A stretch of 63,977 nt of DNA, filler included, from an uncultured bacterium (GTDB lineage Bacteria; DAOPZR01), in assembly GCA_964637655.1 (NCBI GenBank). It is 4 parts of 4 records of this genome, joined end to end, with 100 filler letters (N's around TTAATTAATTAA, not from the genome) between each part and the next. Parts side by side here need not be neighbours in the genome. Positions count along the whole stretch, not along the records: positions 49,527 to 63,977 come from CAZWUZ010000068.1; 3 more parts are not named here. One strand, written 5' to 3'. The notes under the pieces are model-generated. The model was not told where the DNA came from. It worked only from the letters and a program-made list of their open reading frames with translations, and ran no database searches. The position numbers and the translations under genes are program-made. This document shows positions 57,723 to 63,977 of the stretch, in pieces. Each line of letters opens with the position of its first letter. The first letter of the stretch is position 1.

Positions 57723-59156
57723 ATGAACGACACCTGCCTGCACCTGCGCCGTACCAAAATCGTCGCCACCGTCGGGCCGGCCTCGCAGTCCCCCGCCAAG
57801 CTGGCGAAACTGATGCGCGCGGGGGTCAATGTTTTCCGCGTCAATTTCTCGCATGGCGACCCGCGGGCGCATACGCGCCTGATGCGGCGCATTCGCGCGG
57901 TGGCACAGCGCGAGGGGCACACGGTGGCCATCCTTGCCGATTTGTGCGGCCCGAAAATCCGCGTCGGCACCTTCCCGGGGGGGAGCGTGGTGCTGCGAAC
58001 CGGGAGTACGGTGCGTATCACCGCGCGCGCGGTGACGGGGAGCGGCACGCTCATCCCGTCGCAGTACCCGGGGATCGTGCGCGAGGCGAAACGCGGGGAG
58101 CGGGTGCTGCTCGACGACGGCGCGCTCGAACTGCGCCTCACGGGGCGCGTGGGGGGCGACCTGACGGCGAAGGTCGTGCGCGGCGGCGTGCTGAAAGACA
58201 AAAAGGGGATGAACCTCCCTGACACGAAACTGCAGGTGGCGGCGCTGACCGCGAAAGACCGCAGCGATCTGCCGCATATCGTGCGCGGTGGTGCCGACTA
58301 TATCGCCCTGTCATTCGTGCGCCGTGCCGCGGACATCGGCGCGCTGCGCCGCGCCCTCGCCCGCCTGCGCGCGGCGATCCCGATCATCGCCAAGATCGAG
58401 AAACCCGAGGCGGTGGCGGATATCACCGCCATCACCGCGGCGGCGGACGGCCTGATGGTGGCGCGCGGCGACCTCGGGGTCGAGTTGCCCGCGGCACGAG
58501 TACCGCTCATCCAGGAGGAACTGATCAGCGTGGCTGACGATTTCGACAAGCCGGTCATCGTCGCCACGCAGATGCTCGAATCGATGATCCAGAATGCCAC
58601 CCCGACGCGGGCGGAAGTGAGCGACGTCGCCAACGCCTGCCGCGCGGGGGCGGACGCGGTGATGCTCTCGGGGGAAACCGCGGTCGGGAAGTACCCGCTG
58701 GCGGCGGTGCGGACGATGGACAGCGTGCTGCGCACGGTCGAGGCGCATCAGTACCGCACCCGCAGTTTCGCCCGCCCGCAGCGCACACGGGAGCAGGGGG
58801 TCAAGCCGGCGGTGGCGGCAGCGGTCGCGCTGTTGTCGCGCAAGCTGCAGGCGCGCTGCCTGGCGGTTATCACCCGCACGGGGGCGACCGCGCGCATTGT
58901 CGCCGCGGGCCGCCCGGCGGCCCCGCTGATTGCGGTCACTCCGTCGGCAGCCGTGCAGCGGCGCCTCGTGCTGCTCTGGGGCGTCGTGCCCGTGGTGGCG
59001 CGCGGCACCTGCACGCTGCAGGAGGGGATACGCTGCAGCGGGGCGCTGGCCCGCCGGCTGCATCTCGGGCGGCGCGGCGAGCCGTTCATCGTCGTTGCGG
59101 GGCTCACGCCGCAGTCGCCCTTCCCCGACGCCATCGTCATTCAGTCGCTGCCGTAA
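57723..59156 (+). CDS. pyk: Pyruvate kinase
   Basis: RRTKIVATVGPAS, RVNFSHG, DLCGPKIR, IIAKIEKPEA, MVARGDLGVE, ATQMLESM and DAVMLSGETAVG motifs. Confidence 0.97.
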   Translation: MNDTCLHLRRTKIVATVGPASQSPAKLAKLMRAGVNVFRVNFSHGDPRAHTRLMRRIRAVAQREGHTVAILADLCGPKIRVGTFPGGSVVLRTGSTVRITARAVTGSGTLIPSQYPGIVREAKRGERVLLDDGALELRLTGRVGGDLTAKVVRGGVLKDKKGMNLPDTKLQVAALTAKDRSDLPHIVRGGADYIALSFVRRAADIGALRRALARLRAAIPIIAKIEKPEAVADITAITAAADGLMVARGDLGVELPAARVPLIQEELISVADDFDKPVIVATQMLESMIQNATPTRAEVSDVANACRAGADAVMLSGETAVGKYPLAAVRTMDSVLRTVEAHQYRTRSFARPQRTREQGVKPAVAAAVALLSRKLQARCLAVITRTGATARIVAAGRPAAPLIAVTPSAAVQRRLVLLWGVVPVVARGTCTLQEGIRCSGALARRLHLGRRGEPFIVVAGLTPQSPFPDAIVIQSLP

Positions 59157-59159
59157 AAT

Positions 59160-59180
59160 AAATGGGGACAGTCCCCATTT
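59160..59180. repeat. Perfect palindrome AAATGGGGAC-A-GTCCCCATTT (REP-like)
   Basis: 10-bp perfect inverted arms with a 1-nt centre, immediately after the pyk stop. Confidence 0.7.
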
Positions 59181-59263
59181 TCTGTGATACGGCGGGACGC
59201 AAAACCGGGCGGTACCGCGGGCAGTATGGTACGCGGGTGGGAAAATCAGGCAGGAGGAACAGC

Positions 59264-59824
59264 ATGCGCACGATGATGGTGGTGGCACTACTGCTGGCGG
59301 CGGTGCTGCCGGCAGCGGCAGAGGAAGGACTGGTGGTGAACCCGGGCTGGACCGACGGCTTTTTCGACGGCAGCGACCATCATTCCTCGGGTATCGACGT
59401 CTATATCAGCGAGCCCGACTGGGGGAACATCCCCGAACCGCCGCCACCGACCCCGGTGGAAATTGAGGAGAAGGGGAACATGCTCGTCGAGGTGCCGCGG
59501 CGCGAAGCGACCGTCATCGACACTGTCGCGCTGGCGGCGGCGCGGCGTCTCGCCATCACCTATGCCGACGGTACGATACAGATGGTTACGCTGCAGCAGC
59601 CGTTCGCGCAGGTGCTGCGCCTGACCGCGCTGCCGGCCGGCGACACGATACCTGCACCGCCTGTGGTCACGGCTGTTCCGGCCGCGACCGCCCCTGCTGC
59701 GGGGAGCATGCGCGGCTGTTCGACCGCCACGCGCGCGAACTGTGCTGTTGCCACGGAGCGCGGCTGCCCGCTGACGAGCCGGGCGGGTTGCGGCGCTGCT
59801 GCGCCGGACGACAACTGTTTCTGA
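59264..59824 (+). CDS. Secreted hypothetical protein with Cys-rich tail
   Basis: RBS AGGAGG; Sec signal MRTMMVVALLLAAVLPAAA-E; C-terminal Cx7Cx7Cx7C. Confidence 0.7.
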   Translation: MRTMMVVALLLAAVLPAAAEEGLVVNPGWTDGFFDGSDHHSSGIDVYISEPDWGNIPEPPPPTPVEIEEKGNMLVEVPRREATVIDTVALAAARRLAITYADGTIQMVTLQQPFAQVLRLTALPAGDTIPAPPVVTAVPAATAPAAGSMRGCSTATRANCAVATERGCPLTSRAGCGAAAPDDNCF

Positions 59825-59831
59825 GCGGCGT

Positions 59832-60902
59832 ATGACCCGCCTGCCGCAGCGCGTCGAACAGTTCGCGCTCGGGTTCAACGTGCCCGACGCCATGGGAGAA
59901 TTTGCCGTGGCGCTGCGCGCGGCGCTGGCGGCGGAGGGCATCGGCGGCGGTCTCTGGGCGGAGTGGAGCTCGCTCCCTGCTGGCGACTGGCACGACTACC
60001 GCACCTACCGTCATGCCGCCGGCGCCATCGCGCTGCTGCATTACACCACGGGCTGCGACGTCAACCGCTTTGTCGCTGACCTGCCCGGCAGCAGCATTCT
60101 CTACTACCACAACATCACCCCGTCGTATTATTTCGCGGGCATCGACCCGGTGGCGCAGGCGGAAACCGCGCGCGGGCGGGCGGAACTGGCAGCTATCGTC
60201 CCGCGTTTTGCCGCCTGCTGGACGCACAGCGCCTACAGCGCCGCGGAACTGCATGAGGCGGGCGCACGCGCGGTGCGCGTGGTACCGCTGCTGCGCGATA
60301 CAACACACCTCGACCTGCCGCCTGACCCGGCATGGGCGGCACGGCTCGCCGGCTATCGCGGCATCACCATCCTCAGTGTCAGCCGGCTGGCGCCCAACAA
60401 GGGGGACGAGGACCTGCTCGCCGCGCTGGCGCACCTGCGTCGCCGCGGCATCAGCGCGCGTCTGATCCGCACCGGCGACGGGCCTGATGCCTGGCGCAAC
60501 GAACTGCGCGCGCGTGCGGCGGGGCTCGGCATCGGCGCCGACCTGCAGCTGACCGGTCCACTGCCGCAGGCGGCGCTCAACGCCTGCTGGCGCGCGGCGG
60601 ACGTGTACGCCTGCACCAGCGAGCATGAGGGGTTCGGTATGCCGTTGCGCGAAGCGATGCACTTCGGTGTGCCGGTGGTTGCACTGGATCGTGCGGCGGT
60701 GGCGGAGACGCTGGCAGGGAGCGGCATCCTGCTGCGCGACAGCGACGCCTCAACGCTGGCGGCGGCCCTGCACGCGGCGGCAACTGACGCGGCGTTGCGC
60801 CCGGCAGTTATTGACCGCCAGCAGCAGGCAGCGGCGCCGTACCAGCCGGCGGCGGTGCGCGCGGTGCTGCACGCGGCGTTGGCGGAACTGCCGTCACTTT
60901 GA
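59832..60902 (+). CDS. Glycosyltransferase family 4
   Basis: YYHNITPSYYF, SAYSAAEL, VSRLAPNKG and SEHEGFGMPLREAMHFGVPVVA motifs. Confidence 0.9.
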   Translation: MTRLPQRVEQFALGFNVPDAMGEFAVALRAALAAEGIGGGLWAEWSSLPAGDWHDYRTYRHAAGAIALLHYTTGCDVNRFVADLPGSSILYYHNITPSYYFAGIDPVAQAETARGRAELAAIVPRFAACWTHSAYSAAELHEAGARAVRVVPLLRDTTHLDLPPDPAWAARLAGYRGITILSVSRLAPNKGDEDLLAALAHLRRRGISARLIRTGDGPDAWRNELRARAAGLGIGADLQLTGPLPQAALNACWRAADVYACTSEHEGFGMPLREAMHFGVPVVALDRAAVAETLAGSGILLRDSDASTLAAALHAAATDAALRPAVIDRQQQAAAPYQPAAVRAVLHAALAELPSL

Positions 60903-60927
60903 CAGTGACGGGCTGGTCAGTTACCAT
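60899..60927 (+). promoter_or_regulatory. sigma70 promoter for Hpt-REC gene
   Basis: TTGACA-N17-TACCAT, then SD-like AGGGAG. Confidence 0.65.
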
Positions 60928-60948
60928 CACCGGCAGGGAGCATATCCG

Positions 60949-61719
60949 ATGAGCGACGAATTTTTCGATCCGGAACTGGCGCGCACGTACTGTGGCGAGA
61001 TTATCGAGCAGGTGGCGCAACTGCAGGAGCAGGTGCTGGCGCTGGAGAGCGGCGGCGATACCGCGGCAGCGGTGGCGGCGGCGTTCCGTCTCGCCCACAA
61101 CCTCAAGGGGAGCGGTGCCTCCTACGGGGTGCGTATCGTGACGGACATCTGCCAGCCGCTCGAGGACCTGCTCGACGCGCTGCGGGCCGGACGCACGGCG
61201 GCTACGCATGACATGGTCGAATGCCTGCTGCAGCATGTCGACCTGCTCGCCGACGTGGCCAAGACGGGCGCGGTCGGGCAGGACCTTGCCCCGTTCGCGG
61301 CGCGCCTGCGCGCGCTCTGTCCGGCAGCGGCGACGCCGGCGGCCGACCGCGGGGGCCTGCGCGTGCTGGTGGCGGAAAACTCCGCCACCACCCGCCGCAT
61401 CATCGCTGACATTCTGCGCCGCGCGGGCTGCCGCGTGCAGGAGACCGACGATGGCATCGCCGCGCTGCGGCTGCTCGAGGAACAGCGCTGTGACCTGCTG
61501 GTCACCGGGCTTGACCTCAAGTCGCTGTCCGGGCATGCGCTGACGGCGGCGGTCAAGGCGGATACCGTGCTGCGCCGGGTGCGGGTCGTGTATGTCACCA
61601 GCATCGCCACGGCGGGACGCGACGCGCCGCTCAAGCCCGACCTCATCGTCGCCAAGGACGCGCACCTGGCACAGACACTCCCTGCCGCCCTCGCCCGCTT
61701 GCACGATGCCCGCGCCTGA
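60949..61719 (+). CDS. Hpt (CheA P1-like) domain fused to atypical receiver domain
   Basis: AFRLAHNLKGSGA Hpt motif; VLVAENSATTRR...DGIAAL...DLLVTGLDL (acceptor Asp replaced by Gly). Confidence 0.8.
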   Translation: MSDEFFDPELARTYCGEIIEQVAQLQEQVLALESGGDTAAAVAAAFRLAHNLKGSGASYGVRIVTDICQPLEDLLDALRAGRTAATHDMVECLLQHVDLLADVAKTGAVGQDLAPFAARLRALCPAAATPAADRGGLRVLVAENSATTRRIIADILRRAGCRVQETDDGIAALRLLEEQRCDLLVTGLDLKSLSGHALTAAVKADTVLRRVRVVYVTSIATAGRDAPLKPDLIVAKDAHLAQTLPAALARLHDARA

Positions 61720-62593
61720 CGCGGCGCGGCCGCCGCTTACCCTCATCGTCAGTCCGAAAGCCACCGGCTGCAGCCCGGCCCGCATCGCGCGCCTGACCGC
61801 TGACCTGCAGCGCACCCATACCGTGCGCGTGCATGAGCTGCGCGGCCCGGGCGATGTCGTCAACGCTATTACCGCGGCGGATACACTCGTCGCGGTGGCG
61901 GGTGGTGACGGCACCATCCGCGAGGCGGCGGCGCTGTTGCAGGACCGCGAGGCGACCCTCGCGGTCTTTCCCGTGGGGACGGCCAATGTCATTGCGCACG
62001 CGCTTGGCATCAGCACGGATGCGGAGGCGCTGCGCGCGTTGCGCACCGGGCCGGTCGTGCCGTGGCGGATGTTTGCTGCCGGCGGGACCCCGTTCCTGCT
62101 CTGCCTCGGGGCCGGCGTCGATGCCGAGGCCTGCCGCACGGTCAGCCGCCCGCTCAAGGAACGTACCGGCAAGGCGGCGTATGCCGCGGCCTTCCTGCGC
62201 ACCCTCGCCGCGTACGGGTTTCCCCGTTTTGCGGTGGACGGGCGCGACGGCCTGTCCCAGGCGCTGCTGCTCACCTGCGGCTGGTATGCCGGCCGCCTGC
62301 GCCTGACGCGCAGTCGCGTCGACGATGACCGGCTTGAACTGCTGGCGCTGCAGGCAGGGCGGTGGGGACTGCTCCCCGCGCTGTTACACCTCGGCTGGCT
62401 GCGCACCTGTCGCACGTGCGCAGCAGTCAGCGGCTGCACGCTGGACGCGCCACCCGGGACGGTGCCGTACGAACTCGACGGCGATTTTTCCGGCTACCTG
62501 CCGGTCAGCGTAGAGCCCGCGGGCGTGGTCAGGTTCTGTGCCGGCTCAGCGGCGGCGGCAGCCGCATTGACAAACAGCGGCGGCAAGATATAA
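61706..62593 (+). CDS. Diacylglycerol/lipid kinase family (YegS/DgkB-like)
   Basis: AVAGGDGTIRE, FPVGTANVIAHALG, GAGVDA, GKAAY and ELDGD motifs. Confidence 0.88.
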   Translation: MPAPDAARPPLTLIVSPKATGCSPARIARLTADLQRTHTVRVHELRGPGDVVNAITAADTLVAVAGGDGTIREAAALLQDREATLAVFPVGTANVIAHALGISTDAEALRALRTGPVVPWRMFAAGGTPFLLCLGAGVDAEACRTVSRPLKERTGKAAYAAAFLRTLAAYGFPRFAVDGRDGLSQALLLTCGWYAGRLRLTRSRVDDDRLELLALQAGRWGLLPALLHLGWLRTCRTCAAVSGCTLDAPPGTVPYELDGDFSGYLPVSVEPAGVVRFCAGSAAAAAALTNSGGKI

Positions 62594-62594
62594 T
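62567..62594 (+). promoter_or_regulatory. Perfect-consensus sigma70 promoter overlapping the lipid kinase 3' end
   Basis: TTGACA(62567-62572)-N16-TATAAT(62589-62594), 18 nt upstream of ATG 62613. Confidence 0.75.
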
Positions 62595-62612
62595 GCCCGT
62601 CAGGACAAGACG

Positions 62613-63635
62613 ATGAGCGAAACGGTTGTCATCCTCGTTACCGGTGCCGGCAGTTCGGGTGCGATCAACGTCATTCAGGCGTTGCGCGCACTACCGCGCT
62701 ACCGGGTTGTTGCCGCGGACAGCAGCGCGGCACCGACCGGGGTTTTTGCCGCACACCGCGGCGTCCGCCTGCCCGCACCCGGGGCGGCGGACGGCGCCTA
62801 CGGTGCGGCGGTGGCGGAGGCGGTGCGCCGCGAGGGCATACGCCTCGTCATTCCCGGCAATGCCGCGGATGCGCAGATCCTGCTCCGCTTTCAGGATGCC
62901 ATTCGCGACGCGGGGGCCATGCTGCTGGCCGGGTCACCCGATTTTGCGCGGGTCTGCGCCAACAAGTGGCTGGTGCACACGTTTCTCGAACAGCACAGTT
63001 TCCCGTCGCTGCGCACCTACCTGCCGCATGACCGGGAGCGGGCCGAGGCGGAGATCGGCTACCCGATGGTCATCAAGCCGCGCGAGGATCCGGGCAACCA
63101 TCCCGCGGTGCGCGTAGCGACGCCCAAGGAACTCGACACCTACCTCGAGCAGCACTCGGCAGCCGGCTGGGGCTCGGTGCTGCAGGAGTATGCGGGCGAG
63201 GACGAGGGGGAATATACCGCGAGCGTGCTGCTCGCGCGCGCGGGCAACCGGGTGCTGAGCACCTGCATCGGGCGCTGGCATCAGACGGGCTCGGCCCGCT
63301 GTATCGAAATCGACGCGTTTCCCGCGGTGCGCAAGCAGGTGGAGGCGCAGGCGCAGGCGGCGCGCACGCGCGGCCCGCTGACCTTCCAGGGGCGCATACT
63401 CGACGGGCGGTTCCACACTTTTGCCATCAACCCGCGTTTCGCCAACACCACGGCGGCCTACGCGCTGGCCGGGTGCAACGAGGTGGATATCGCGGTGCGC
63501 AATTTCCTCGACGGCGAAACCCCGGAGGTGCCGGCCCCGGCCCACACCTTCGCCGTCTCCCATCCGGTCTACCGGCTGGTTGACCCGGTGCGGTACGGGC
63601 AGTGGTCGGCGGGCGCCGTCGACGGCGACGCCTGA
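62613..63635 (+). CDS. ATP-grasp fold protein (CarB-like, polysaccharide-locus type), possibly degenerate
   Basis: ILVTGAG, CANKW, YPMVIKPR, LQEY..EYT and INPRF motifs. Confidence 0.8.
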   Translation: MSETVVILVTGAGSSGAINVIQALRALPRYRVVAADSSAAPTGVFAAHRGVRLPAPGAADGAYGAAVAEAVRREGIRLVIPGNAADAQILLRFQDAIRDAGAMLLAGSPDFARVCANKWLVHTFLEQHSFPSLRTYLPHDRERAEAEIGYPMVIKPREDPGNHPAVRVATPKELDTYLEQHSAAGWGSVLQEYAGEDEGEYTASVLLARAGNRVLSTCIGRWHQTGSARCIEIDAFPAVRKQVEAQAQAARTRGPLTFQGRILDGRFHTFAINPRFANTTAAYALAGCNEVDIAVRNFLDGETPEVPAPAHTFAVSHPVYRLVDPVRYGQWSAGAVDGDA

Positions 63636-63642
63636 ACCGCTG

Positions 63643-63977
63643 ATGCGCGCCGGCGCGGAGAGCGCCGCGGCCGCCACGACCGCGGAGAAGGGGCAGGTCG
63701 CGCGCGACAGCGCGTGGAATTTCGGCGCCGCGGCTGTCACGGCGGTCTGTTCCGGCCTGCGCGCGCTGCTGCTGCCCAAACTGCTGCCCACGGTCGACGC
63801 CTTCGGCATCTTCAACGTCCTCAACCTGTTCAAGACCTATTCACCGTATGTCAATGCCGGGGTGCTCATGGGGTACGGAGTCGAGGTGCCGCGCCGGCGC
63901 GGCAGCGGCGACACCTCAGCCGTGGTGCGACTGGAACATACCGCGTACACGTTCTCCACGCTGGCGTCCATGGTCTT
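63643..63977 (+). CDS. Oligosaccharide flippase (Wzx/MOP family), N-terminal part
   Basis: Manual translation MRAGAE...VARDSAWNFGAAAVTAVCSGLRALLLPKLLP..AFGIFNVLNLFKTYSPYVNAGVLMG..VEVP; runs off the window. Confidence 0.7.
   Translation, partial: MRAGAESAAAATTAEKGQVARDSAWNFGAAAVTAVCSGLRALLLPKLLPTVDAFGIFNVLNLFKTYSPYVNAGVLMGYGVEVPRRRGSGDTSAVVRLEHTAYTFSTLASMV

Overview
GC-rich bacterial sequence made of four contig pieces joined by artificial 100-nt N spacers carrying TTAATTAATTAA (16570-16669, 33063-33162, 49427-49526). It probably comes from a diderm, flagellated organism, since flgI is present. Piece 1 is a surface-glycan and pilus locus. It holds a B12-radical SAM fragment, a DegT aminotransferase, a GT4 and wzm/wzt. 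Four Tad/Flp pseudopilin-like genes (2 TadE-like with DxDxDG repeats, 2 TadG-like) sit behind a canonical sigma-54 -24/-12 box, divergent from a PilS/PilR-like two-component pair and an O-antigen-ligase/TPR gene. Piece 2 holds trmJ, a GAF-GAF kinase/REC pair, rpoD with a histone-like N-terminal tail, dnaG and rmuC. It ends in a type I R-M island edge: hsdR, a YgjP-like gene with an in-frame TAG, and an M48-TerB-repeat protein. Piece 3 holds EPS genes, malQ, a STAS-phosphotransferase fusion, guaD, a DHH protein and a 1.7k-aa lamin-tail-domain surface protein. Piece 4 holds flgI/flgJ-like, mazG-like, three tandem 2TM-SHOCT paralogs, an ODP-like MBL plus PP2C pair, PilZ, pyk, Hpt-pseudoREC, a lipid kinase, an ATP-grasp and a flippase fragment. 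Several genes appear leaderless (-10 box exactly 6 nt before ATG). The best candidate for an undescribed system is the sigma-54/PilSR-controlled pseudopilin plus glycan-export locus. All family calls rest on motifs recognised by eye; no database search was run.
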